From positions 201,376,001 through 201,440,000 of the forward strand of contig NC_042997.1 of assembly GCF_006345805.1 (NCBI RefSeq): DNA of 64,000 nt, written 5' to 3'. Origin of the DNA: Octopus sinensis. Taxonomy: Eukaryota. Made by a program: the position numbers and the translations under genes. This document shows positions 39,430 through 51,793 of the stretch, piece by piece. The notes under the pieces are model-generated. The model did not search any database and was not told the DNA's origin. It saw nothing but the letters and a program-made list of their open reading frames with translations. Positions within the stretch are counted from its first letter, which is position 1, and every line of letters begins with the position of its first letter.

Positions 39430-41268
39430 TAATATAATAATAATAAAGCAAGACATGACAGAGTTGGCCAATATTTACAATGGACAATATGTCAGCATTA
39501 TAAAATCGAAACCGCTGACAAATAGTATAAACATCATCCTGAAGCTGTGACTGAGGGAGAAAGTGTGTCAATTCTATGGGACTTTCCCATACATACCGAC
39601 AAAATTATAAAAGCTAATAAACCGGATATTATTATAAAAGATCAGACAAAAAAGATGTGTTTACTAATTGACATGAGTATTCCTTGCGATCACGATATAT
39701 CGGTGAAAGAATTTGACAAGATTAGTAAATATAAAGACTTGCTAATAGAAACTGAAAAAATGTGGCATCTCAAGGCAACTACAGTACCAGTGATTGTAGG
39801 AGCTCTAAGTACGATATAAAAAGGTACTGAAACCTATTTGAAAATGATACCAGGTTTACCATCCCTACAGGAAGTGCAAAAATCGTATTAACTGGAACAG
39901 TTCATGTACTGAGAAGAGCATTATAACTGTGAAAACAACATCCATTCATGAATTTATTTATTAAATTTGAAATAGATATTTTACCTGTGAATTTGCGCGT
40001 GTAATCTGGGAATGCATACAATGAGCTTCTCTGCCCTAGGTGTACGGAAAACACTTGGCAAGAAGCGGAAGAAAATTTGAAGAAAAAAGGAAACTAATAA
40101 TAATAATAATAATGAGTTCAAAATTTGGCATGAAGCCAGCAATTTTAGGGGAAGTGGGTTAATCAATTACATTCTCTCCCCTTCCCCCCACCAGTATTTG
40201 ACTAGGGCTTGATTTTATTGACCCCCAAAAGGACTAAAAGTCTTGCTGAGACTTGAACACAAAGCATAAAAGCTGGAAGAAATGCTGCTAAGCAATTTGT
40301 TTGATGTGCTAAAAATTCAACCAACTCACCACTTCAATGATAATAATAATAATAATAATAATATAATAATAATAAAGCAAGACATGACAGAGTTGGCCAA
40401 TATTTACAATGGACAATATGTCAGCATTATAAAATCGAAACCGCTGACAAATAGTATAAACATCATCCTGAAGCTGTGACTGAGGGAGAAAGTGTGTCAA
40501 TTCTATGGGACTTTCCCATACATACCGACAAAATTATAAAAGCTAATAAACCGGATATTATTATAAAAGATCAGACAAAAAAGATGTGTTTACTAATTGA
40601 CATGAGTATTCCTTGCGATCACGATATATCGGTGAAAGAATTTGACAAGATTAGTAAATATAAAGACTTGCTAATAGAAACTGAAAAAATGTGGCATCTC
40701 AAGGCAACTACAGTACCAGTGATTGTAGGAGCTCTAAGTACGATATAAAAAGGTACTGAAACCTATTTGAAAATGATACCAGGTTTACCATCCCTACAGG
40801 AAGTGCAAAAATCGTATTAACTGGAACAGTTCATGTACTGAGAAGAGCATTATAACTGTGAAAACAACATCCATTCATGAATTTATTTATTAAATTTGAA
40901 ATAGATATTTTACCTGTGAATTTGCGCGTGTAATCTGGGAATGCATACAATGAGCTTCTCTGCCCTAGGTGTACGGAAAACACTTGGCAAGAAGCGGAAG
41001 AAAATTTGAAGAAAAAAGGAAACTAATAATAATAATAATAATGAGTTCAAAATTTGGCACGAAGCCAGCAATTTTAGGGGAAGTGGGTTAATCAATTACA
41101 TTCTCTCCCCTTCCCCCCACCAGTATTTGACTAGGGCTTGATTTTATTGACCCCCAAAAGGACTAAAAGTCTTGCTGAGACTTGAACACAAAGCATAAAA
41201 GCTGGAAGAAATGCTGCTAAGCAATTTGTTTGATGTGCTAAAAATTCAACCAACTCACCACTTCAATG

Positions 41269-41270
<2 letters not shown>
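39430..41270 (+). mobile_element. Tandem duplicate (929-bp period) of a Dong-like 3' end plus a decayed SINE B
   Basis: Identical ORFs at 39547 and 40476 (WDFPIHTD, KPDIII, IDMSIPCD, PVIVGAL). Confidence 0.92.
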
Positions 41271-41302
<32 letters not shown>

Positions 41303-41560
41303 TGATGATGATGGTTTGAAATTTTAATAATAATCCTTTCTGCTATAGGCACAAGGCCTAAAATTTTGGGGAGGGGGGAGAGTGAATTACATCGACCCCA
41401 GTACTCAACTGGTACTTATCTTGTTGATCCCGGAACAATGTAAGGTAAAGTCAACATCAGTAGTGTTTGAACTCAAAAGGTAGAAATGGACAAAATGCCA
41501 CTACTAAACATTTTTCTCCGTGCAATAATGATTCTGCCAGCTCACCGTCTTAATAACAAC

Positions 41561-41592
<32 letters not shown>

Positions 41593-42479
41593 TAATAATA
41601 ATAATAATGATAATAACAATAACAACAACAATAATAATAAAAAATTATAATAATAATGACAATAGTAATAGAAGTAATAATATTAATAACAACAATAACA
41701 ATAGTAATGATAATAACAATAATAATAACAACAGCAATAATAACAATAACAACAATAATAATAATAACAATTATAATAATAATAATAACAATAATAATAA
41801 GAAGAAGAATAACAATTATAATAACAATAATAAGAATAATAGTAACAATAATGATAACAACAATAACAATAATAACAACAACAATAGGCACAGGAGTGGC
41901 TGTGTGGTAAGTAGCTTGTTTACCGACCACATGGTTCCGGGTTCAGTCCCACTGCATGGCATCTTGGGCAAGTGTCTTCTGCTATAGCCCCGGGCCGACC
42001 AATGCCTTGTGAGTGGATTTGGTAGACGGAAACTGAAAGAAACCTGTCGTATATGTGTATATATATATATATGTGTATGTGTGTGTATATGTTTGTGTGT
42101 CTGTGTTTGTCCCCCTAGCATTGCTTGACAACCGATGCTGGTGTGTTTTCGTCCCCGTCACTTAGCGGTTCGGCTAAAGAGACCGATAGAATAAGTACTG
42201 GGCTTACAAAGAATAAGTCCCAGAGTCGATTTGTTCGACTAAAGCCGGTGCTCCAGCATGGCCGCAGTCAAATGACTGTAACAAGTAAAAGAAAGAAAGA
42301 AATAAGAAGAACGATAATAATAACAACAATAATTATAACAACAACAACAATAATAATACTAATAACAATAATAATAATAATAACAGCAATAATAATAACA
42401 ACAATAATAATAATAACAATAATAATAATAACAACAATAATGACAACAATAATAATAATAATTTGGATCATTCTTGAAA

Positions 42480-42895
42480 CGTTCAGTCACCTTTTAATTA
42501 TATTGCTGGGAGGCAGCACTTCCATCTTTTCCCTCAGATTCCTTTTCAAGAATAAGTTGAGGTGGACTTGGTCAAAGAGTAAAGTATCTGTCTTCAGTCC
42601 TTTCAACCAAGTTCACCAGGCAACCTCTTTTGCTAAGGTCAACTGGAAAAGAAACACTGCATGCTCTTCCTAGTCAAAGGAAGGCCGCAGAACAATCTTC
42701 ACAATAGCAAGATCCATCCTACAAGTGACAGCATACGTTTGACACAAACCCTCAAATCAACAATGGACAGAAGCACAGAGAATAGTTCTGTCACTCTGTG
42801 AGCATCTCAAGCAAGCCTCAATGACAGCACTTCCCTGTAGAGTTTATCTCAACCTAGCAATGCTCCTTGGCAGCACGGCCAGGCCAGGGATTTCT
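42480..42895 (-). mobile_element. Decayed Tx1/L1-clade ORF2 C-terminal relic
   Basis: Minus-strand LAWPCCQGAL..DKLY...CLRCSQSDRTIL...HC resembles the zf-RVT region. Confidence 0.45.
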
Positions 42896-42964
42896 GAAAT
42901 AACAACAGCAACAACAACAACAATTATTAGAATTTGGGAATGGATTTTTTGTTGTAAATGAGAC

Positions 42965-43525
42965 ATTTAAGAAACACACAAAAACCATTAGATTCACTTC
43001 AATATTTAAATTTAATTTGCCAAAATATTTTCATCACTTTGAGACTGCGACCTGTCCACTGAAAAAATTCCGTGCTGCATCTCGGAATTTTGCCAGTGAA
43101 CAGGTCACGGTTTCAAAGGGATGAAAATATTTTGGCAAATTAAATTTAAATGTTGAAGTGAATCTAACAGTACAGGACATAAAAAAAAACCGTTGAAAAC
43201 AATGAGAAACGAAAACAAAAACAAAAACATAGAAATTAACGTTTTTTTCGAACAACGAATAAAACAAAGAGAGAAGCGAGACATGCAACATAAAGAATAT
43301 TCCCCTTCATCAGTTGTCCTTGCAGCACTGAATTTTGTCAGTGAACAGGTAGCGGTCGCAGAATGACGAAAATATTTTGACAAATTAAATTCAAATGTTG
43401 AAGTGAATCTAACAGTTTTTGTGTGTTTCTTAAATGGCTTATAAACACCTTCCACACTGCAATTGTTTTCGTTCCAGCACACGATCTCAGATCAGGTCAC
43501 TTGCTATGCAAGTACATCTCCGTAA
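42965..43525. mobile_element. PLE-like remnant with an 85-bp-arm imperfect palindrome (42988-43167) and a third direct copy (43325-43435)
   Basis: ttagattcacttcaa.atttaaatttaatttg.caaaatattttc repeated in inverted and direct orientation; CTGATGAAGGGG on minus at about 43302-43313. Confidence 0.55.
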
Positions 43526-44261
43526 ATGAGACATTATTTCCTACAAAAATATTGTGTAAATAATTAGCAGTTAAATGGTTTTATTACAGCAGGTAAAATG
43601 CTTGTCATTGTTGTATAAAATGAATTTTGAAATAAGTTTTATTTACTATATTCAGACATGTAAAGTACTAAATTTTATATTGCAAAATTTTTCTTTCAGA
43701 TTTACAGTTATGTAGAAAATATGTCATCGTCTCAGAAGTTGACTGTTGAATTATTTAACAAAGCATTTTAAAACCAAATCATAAAGTTTCCAGGTGACTT
43801 TATTGATTCTTCAGCAAAGTTTTAACATGAAAACATGATATCTCATTTGTGACTAACGTTAATACTTTACACTTTGAAGAAACTTTTCATGGAAATGAGT
43901 TTTGTTCTATGATACAACATTTAATGAATAATTGAAGACGATTATTCCTATGACACCACAGATTCCTTGCTCCAAGACGAGGTGTAATTGACCTACTGTG
44001 TGCAAAGCAGACAAAAACATGATTATGTGCAATTTTTTTTATATATTTTGTTATTTTATATTTTATATCCTGCATTTTATGAGAAATTGTATTGTTGGAA
44101 ATTGTATTGCTTTCCAATGGACCAATCATTGATGCGTGGTGTTCACAGTGGTGATAGTGACAAGGGAGTGTCTGTACAACTTGGGTGGAGTAAATACTAC
44201 AAAGCATCTTTGTCCAAATGCACAGCTATACCAGTTTCCTTACTGATATGTTACGGGAGAA

Positions 44262-45305
44262 AGGTGGCGAGCCGGCAGAAACGTTAGCACGCTGGGTAAA
44301 ATGTTTAGCGGTATTTCGTCTGCGTTACGTTGTGAGTTCAAATTCCGCTGAGGTCGACTTTGCCTTTCATCCTTTCGTGGTCGATAAATTAAGTACCAGT
44401 TACGCACTGGGGTCGATGTAATCGACTTAATACTTATGTCTGTCCTTGTTTGTCCCCTTTGTGTTTAGCCCCTTGTGGGTAATAAAGAAATAGGTATTTC
44501 TTCTGTCTTTATGTTCTGAGTTCAAATTATGCTGAGGTCAACTTTGCCTTTCATCTTTCGGGGTTGATAAATTAAGTACCAGTTGCGTACTGGGGTTGAT
44601 CTAATCGCCTGGCTCCCTCCTTAAATTTTCAGGCTTTGTGCCTAGAGTAGTAAAGAATATTTTGGTAACTCCAAGGCAGCAAGCTGGCAGAAACATTAGC
44701 ACGCCGGGCGAAATGCTTAGCGGTATTTCGCCTGTCGCTACGTTCTGATTTCTAATTCCGCAGAGGTCGACTTTGCCTGTCATCCTTTCGGAGTCGATTA
44801 AATAAGTACCAGTTATGCACTGGGGTCGATATAATCGACTTAATCCGTTTGTCTGTCTTTGTTTGTCCTCTCTGTATTTAGCCCCTTGTGGGTAGTAAAG
44901 AAATAGGTATTTCGCCTGTCTTTATGTTCTGAGTTCAAATTCGCTGAGGTCAACTTTGCCTTTCATCCTTTCAGGGTCGATAAATTAAGTACCAGTTGCA
45001 TACTGGCATCAATCTAATCGACTGGCTCCCTCCCCAAAAATTTTGGACTTTGTGCCTAGCGTAGAAAAGGATATTTTGGTAACTCCAAGGCAGCAAGTCG
45101 GCAGAAACATTAGTACGCCGGGCAAAATGCTTAGCAGTATTTCACCTGTCTTTACATTGAGTTCAAATTCTACCGAGGTCAACTTTGCCTTTCATCGTTT
45201 CGGGGTCGATAAATTAAGTACCAGTTGCATACTGGGATCAATCTAATCGCCTGGGTCCCTCCCCCAAAATTTTGAGTCTTGTGCCTAGAGTAGAAAAGAT
45301 ATTTT
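44262..45305 (+). mobile_element. Tandem array of SINE B units (other copies 56490-56725, 61436-61670)
   Basis: Three heads (ggcagaaac.ttag.acgc.ggg) and five cores (gactttgcctttcatcctttcggggtcgataaattaagtacc). Confidence 0.9.
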
Positions 45306-46174
45306 GGGGGAGAGTGGAGGTTGGAGGTGGGCAGAGAAGAGTAGAGAAAAGAAAGGGGTCCAATTTCAAAAGGATACTTGGTGGGGCGAGCTCCAAAAGG
45401 GGTCTCAGGGAGTAGCATCCTTACATTCTTAAGCTAGTTTTCCACCACATTTCTTAAAAATCCTGGTAGAGGCCTTGGTCTTGGGACCACTTATATCTAG
45501 AAACCGAGGTTGGGGGTAAGCAATGCTATGCTCCCCATAGAAAATCCAGCCCCCAAAAAAGCCACATGATAGCAAAGGAGAATGGGCACCAGCCAGCCCA
45601 AAGATTGGGATGGGTTGCATCTGCCTACCTCAGTTGCTATGGCATTGAGATAGATCCAGCTACCCCCATTAACGGGTACAAAACCTGGATTTAAAACACT
45701 GGATGACGATGATGATGATGATGATGGTGATGTAATCCTGGTGGTTACCGTTTTCCCTCTTAAATCAGTTTCATATGCCAGCTGACCGCAACGAATGTTG
45801 GTGACGTCTGAGTTAGCAATAAGCTGTTAGACTTCAGTGATTTTTCTCACTTGGTAAATCCTATTGTCCTACTACTAAATACTACTACCCTGTTATTCTT
45901 TCATTCTTTTTACTTTTGACTGTGGCCATGCTGGAGCAATGCCTTTAGTTGAACAAATCTACCCCCTGGGACTTATTCTTTGTAAGCCTAGTCTATTGGT
46001 CGCTGTGGCCAAGCCACTAGGTTACGGGGATGTAAACACACCAGCATCGATTGTCAAGTGATGGTGGGGGGACAAACACAGGCACACAAATATATACATA
46101 CATATATATACATATACATTATATACATATATATATATATATAATATATATATATATTATATATATATTATATA

Positions 46175-46285
<111 letters not shown>

Positions 46286-46359
46286 ATATTAGGGAATAAA
46301 TCCAAATTTACAGGGAAAAAATCAGATTTAGGATTAAATCCAATTTTATAGTAAAATAT

Positions 46360-46678
46360 TATATAATATTAATTTGAGACAAAACCACTATTTTGCAAAA
46401 CAAACAAGGAAAGACTTAATCAAAACATAAAAATTTTTAATATAAAGAAATAAACGCCACTACAATCGTTTCATGTCTTCAATGACATTCGTCAGGTGGA
46501 TTTTCGATCTCCTAATCTGTTTTAGGAGATCGAAAATCCACCTGACGAATGTCATTGAAGACATGAAACGATTGTAGTGGCGGTTTATTTCTTTATATTA
46601 AAAATTTTTATGTTTTGATTAAGTCTTTCCTTGTTTGTTTTGCAAAATAGTGGTTTTGTCTCGAATTAATATTATATA
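46360..46678. repeat. 319-bp near-perfect palindrome (156/157-bp arms, 6-nt loop)
   Basis: 46360-46515 vs 46522-46678: one substitution and one 1-nt indel. Confidence 0.97.
46538..46580 (+). ncRNA. Minimal type I hammerhead ribozyme motif (mirror copy on minus strand 46457-46499)
   Basis: ccac-CTGACGA-ATGTC-attgaa-GACAT-GAAA-C-gatt-G-TA-gtgg: intact core, stems I/II/III, GUA cleavage triplet. Confidence 0.85.
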
Positions 46679-46704
46679 TATATATATATATACATATATA
46701 CATA

Positions 46705-47381
46705 TATGGTTATCCGTAATAATGAAGGGTGAAATTAATTAATTTGGAAAAATTATCAATTACACCAAGTAGTCTTCGGCATGTAAAAGCCTCATTCGAG
46801 GAAAATTTAAGTAATACTAAGCAATAAGGGTTTAGCAACGAGTTGCCTTACCACATACCGAATTTAGAATAGCAGTCAAAGGGTTATAGCTATTTCTTCT
46901 ACTAAAAAGGGAGATCTCAGTAAAAACAGCATTTGGAAGGCAGACACAAACAGGTAAGAGAGAATGAATTGACTGCAATCTATCATACATTTTTTTAGTT
47001 ATCCACGGACGTACGTTTCGAAATCAAGTTTTAAGGAAAGCATAAGAATTAAATATTAAATATTAAATAATAAATAATTCTATCTTACCGAAACTTCTTT
47101 TCTCTTCAGCGTAGAATACTATAATCATAAATGATTATATATTGAATTTTGAGATACAGAAGGCACCAACTCCACTCAGTATCAGAGCGAGCTAGAATCC
47201 GCAACTGGTATCACCGAATTCAATTGTGAATGAAACGATTGTGTCAACAGCCCCTTCCCACCCGCGTGTAGCCAAAACAAGATGCTGTGGTCATCTACTG
47301 AGATAAAATATGGTTATCCGGCAAGGCAACTCGTTATCCGGTAAGGCAACTCGTTGCTAAACCCTTATTGCTTAGTATTAC
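46705..47381 (-). mobile_element. PLE-type pseudo-LTR element with an inverted terminal segment
   Basis: Direct repeat tatggttatccg at about 46705 and 47309; perfect 42-bp inverted repeat 46811-46852 / 47340-47381; contains an HHR; inserted in (TA)n. Confidence 0.7.
47002..47115 (-). ncRNA. Type I hammerhead ribozyme motif with a long stem II
   Basis: Minus: tctacg-CTGAAGA-GAAA..AAGTTT-(AT-rich insert)-AAACTT..TTTC-GAAA-C-GTAC-G-TC-cgtgga; GUC triplet, palindromic stem III. Confidence 0.8.
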
Positions 47382-49022
47382 ATATATACATATATATATA
47401 CATATATACATATATATATACATATATACATATACATATAAATACATATTTCGTTTTTGGATTTGGTTTGCAAGATTCTTTATACGAGTTCGTATGTTGA
47501 AGCATATTCTTTTGTGTCTGGAGAGAGTCATTTTTTTTTTGTGCCTTATAATGTAACACACTCACTGGTGAAATTTCCACTTATTTCATATTTTTATTCT
47601 CCCAAAATTTTCATTGCGTCTTGCAACCTTTTCAATAGACTTGGCTCTTTTCAATTGTACTGTGAGGTGGATGTAATTGTCCTTGGGGGTAATTGTCCTG
47701 ATACAGTTAAACTGGGCCATATCCGGTCTAAATATTCTACGTGTTTTATGCTCAAACTGACAAAGACTAAATCCAGCCTCTCACACCTACCGTATAATGT
47801 CATGCTAAAATATATATTATCATGGCTTTGAAGTCTAGAAGCAGCAAGATAATACATCATTAATTCAAATCAATTTGAATAAATAAACATCAGGTTTGAC
47901 ACGATAATCGAAAAGCTAAATGGTTAAACATTGACTGTATTTTGCATTGAAATGTTGATGTCAACAACTGGCAGAGTTCATAGATATGCCATCTTGGTAG
48001 GTAAAAGTACAGCTGTGACTTATGAGGAAGAAGTAAACCGTAAATATTAATGATTAAATATATAAAAAAAAACTAAGTGATTTCCAATTCATTCTAAAGA
48101 TTCTAATTTGATGTATGGAATTCAATATTCAATGTTCAATATGTTCGATATATAGTTCAATAAACAGGTTTTGATTTTGGACAGTTATAATCTTCTAGTG
48201 TTTTTAAACCTACATATACATACACACATAGATATGTACATGCATGTGTTTGTGTGTACATACATATAACGTATGGAATTCATGCATACACACATTTAAA
48301 TATATGTATGGAAGACATAAAGCCAGTAGGTTTAAGAGATGAATATATATTTATTTAACCGTGTGACTTCCATAGAATTATGGTCATTTTGCAAGCTTCT
48401 TCATGTCGTATGAATTTCAGTATTCAAGAAATTATGCGTACATGTTTGCTAGAATATGTATGCTTAGTATTATACAATACAGTTGTATACAGCTTCATAT
48501 TCACATGTTAATGCAAATATAGAAGGCTAGCTCGTAAGATCTCCAGGATAGCATGGTTACATCAACAATTCAACTCTGAATATACACACAAAATTTCCTC
48601 TTAATATACACAATGTATGGAAGGCTGGAACTGGGCAATCCTCCATTTGAAATGCTAGGCCTTTCAACTCATTCGTCATATAAAAAAGTTCATTTTTGTA
48701 GATAAGACATATCATCATCTTCCTCATCATCTAACGTCCGCTTTCCATGCAAGCATGGGTTGGACGATTTGACTGAGGACTGGCAAACCAGATGGCTGCA
48801 CCAGGCTCCAATCTGATCTGGCAGAGTTTCCACAGCTGGATGCCCTTCCTAATGCCAACCACTCTGAGAGTGTAGAGGGTGCTTTTACGTGCCACCGGCA
48901 TGAAAGCCAGTCAGGTGGTACTGGCGACGGCCATGCTCAAATGGTGTTTTTTACGTGCCACTGGCACTGGAGCCTGTTCAGCAACACTGGCAACGACCCC
49001 ACTCACATGTTTTTTTCACGTG

Positions 49023-49072
49023 CATGGAGAGATATCCCTATTCCTTGGCTGGAATAGGGATATCTCTCCATG
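49023..49072. repeat. Perfect 22-bp hairpin with a 6-nt loop
   Basis: catggagagatatccctattcc-ttggct-ggaatagggatatctctccatg. Confidence 0.95.
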
Positions 49073-49755
49073 ACACATCTATATGTAGCTTGTCCATCAT
49101 TGTGAGTAACCTAATTAAGCACCCCAGTGGGATAATCTCTGGTTGCCTTTGAAGCCTGTACTGTCCTTTCTCTCTCTTTCATACACATGTTCCTTGAGAG
49201 ATGGTTGCTTCTCCTTCAGGTTTTCTTGATTTTAAATTATCTGTATCTTTGCTTTTTTTCTAGGTAGGGATGTTTGCTCTATGTAAACCTATTTCTACCT
49301 TCAGGAAGAGGTGGACCATAATAGTGCAGCTTCCACTCTTTGATCTGGCCAGCATGGGAGGCCATACAAGGAGCTGGTGCTATGAGGTCTTTCATACAGG
49401 GTTTGCATTAGAGACAGACCTCATAGTTCTCAGGGTCAGTGAGGGACAAAAGCCACCATATGGCAACCAAGACTAAACCTTGTGGTGGACATATATATAT
49501 ATATATATATATAATATTAGGGAGTAAAACTCCAAGCTTAAAGAGAAAAATTCAATTTAGCATTAAATCAAATTTCACAATATAAATATATAATATATAT
49601 AAATTAGAGAAAAACCACTATTATGCAATTCAAACAATGATAGACATAAACCAAATCATAAAGAAAAAATAAAATATATTATAAAACATATAACTAGATC
49701 ACAAAAATTACAAAAAAATGAATAAACAATCTAATTATATATATATATATATATA

Positions 49756-50254
49756 CTAGCAGTATCGCCCGGCGTTGCTCGGGTTTGTAAGGGAAATAAC
49801 TATATAAGCATTTTTAGAGAGTTATAGCCAAAAAATAGGGAAAAAATGCATTAAAAATGGAAAAAAAATTAAGGTAAATTTCTTTTTAAATCGTTGACAC
49901 ATCGTAGATATTTTTAGAGAGTTACTTCCCTTATATAATAGCGAAAAAAATACATTAAAAATGGAAAAAAAATTAAGGTAAATTTCTTTTTAAATCGTTG
50001 ACACATCGTAGATATTTTTAGAGAGTTACTTCCCTTATATAATAGCGAAAAAAATGCATTAAAATGGAAAAATATGATGGTAAATTTTTTAAAATCGTAG
50101 ACTCATCGTAGACGCGCGCTAATACCCAGAAGGGCTCGATATGACTCACGACTATAAGATACCCGGTTTTGGTTACACTGCACCGCAAAATGTGGGAGTA
50201 GTTAGGAATCTAAATCGTAGGAGACAGACACACACAACCACTCTTATATAAAGA
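49756..50254 (-). mobile_element. Non-autonomous Helitron with an internal tandem repeat of about 104 bp
   Basis: Minus strand 5' TC, 3' hairpin CCCGAGCAACGCCGGG then CTAG, inserted between A and T, no TSD. Confidence 0.85.
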
Positions 50255-50363
50255 TATAAGTCACGTAGTTATATACACATACTTTGTTATATACACATTC
50301 TTAAAAGAAAATGTTTTTTTTGAATACAACATTTATAAAGAATAAAATATTTTTTGGTTTTTC

Positions 50364-51030
50364 TTAACCCTTTCGTTACAATATTTCTGACCAAAATACA
50401 ACCCCTTATGTGTTTCAATTAATTTCTAACGTAATCATAAATTTAGTCTGGTTTCATTAACAACAATAACTTTTTTATTTATCAATATATTAACGTGAAT
50501 TTTGGAAGATAATTAATGAAATGTCCTCAACCAATTCTATACTATAATTTTTGTCACAAAGTGACTCTAATTGCAGGTAGATACAGGTAAATTCAACAAA
50601 ATATAAAATTATTAAAATTTTGTTCAAACATCGCTATAGAAAATGGGTTATTAGCTAATATTCAATTGGGTATACAACAAATTTACGATAGAATTTGTTA
50701 TTCTGGGTAACCTTCTGATACCCATAATAATATTTATGGCAAAATAGGCCTTAATTTCATTTAAGGTTGTGGGAAATAACAAACTATCCTTTCTTTCGTT
50801 TTGTTTACGTTTAGCGTAACGTTTCGTTTCTGCCGTAATGATTTCAAATGGGCTCATTCGAAAAAGTAAATAGAAATAGTCTAAGGCTTTACTCTTCTGG
50901 AAAGTCTGTGGCTTGGTGCAGTTTCTTCAGAAAAATCACCGAAAGAAACAGTTTTTAAATTTTCACTCCATTCAGGTACCAATTCGTTTTCTTTATCGCT
51001 GTCGGATCACTGTTTTCACTTTAATAGCTG
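50364..51030 (-). mobile_element. piggyBac transposase fragment with one TIR
   Basis: TTAA-CCCTTTCGTTAC terminus at 50364; EIITAETKRYA...PTTLNEIKAYFAINIIMGIRRLPRI resembles the piggyBac/PGBD4 N-terminal core. Confidence 0.75.
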
Positions 51031-51376
51031 CAAACTTGTAAAGACAAAGGAGGAGAAGGGTGATAGCGTCAGTGAAACAATTCGCTCCCTTTGTGTGTGT
51101 GTGCATTTGCATGTGGTGTAAACGACATTAAGAAAAACATTTGACATACACACCAGAATGTGAGTTTTCTGTAAATTTTGCTTAATTGGAGTTTAAATTT
51201 AAAAACTGGACCTGGCATGACCCGATGCATTCTACTCTTAAAATGCTAGGTAAATTGTAATTGAAGAAATCCTATATTGTAGATTTCTATAAGTTACAAA
51301 GGGAGGCAGATAAAATCTGCCTTTTATAATAAGAGATGATCCATATTCTTTGTAATTGTTTGAAATTTACACTTCT

Positions 51377-51417
<41 letters not shown>

Positions 51418-51567
51418 TATATATATATTTATGGTATGTTTCGTTAGGAACGTAGCGGAGTACAGCTTAAAGCCTATCCACCCCCAGAATTACCCAATAC
51501 TATCTGGAAGCATCATTATATATTTTCAAATTTACATTTGAGCATTTGTTGGAGACAACACTTGAAT

Positions 51568-51673
51568 ATCTCCTGAGGAAGCACAACAAGATTTCACTAT
51601 GCAAACAAGCATTTGCATAATTAAATACCTGTAGTTTTGGAGAACTATATTGTGTGGAAACATTTGTGGTGAT
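51568..51673 (+). ncRNA. Degenerate hammerhead-like motif with a long stem II (probably inactive)
   Basis: atctc-CTGAGGA-A-GCACAA...TTGTGT-G-GAAAC-attt-GTG-gtgat; G at the cleavage position. Confidence 0.45.
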
Positions 51674-51743
51674 TAAAAAATAACTGTCCAACCATACTCC
51701 TTCTTGTTGACTCCAATTTAATCAATATATATATATATATATA

Positions 51744-51780
<37 letters not shown>

Positions 51781-51793
51781 CGGTGTCTGCTAC

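Noticed and set aside
49300-49490. Possible HDV-like ribozyme in a LINE 5' region
   Set aside because: Could not assemble the nested double pseudoknot by eye; needs a descriptor search
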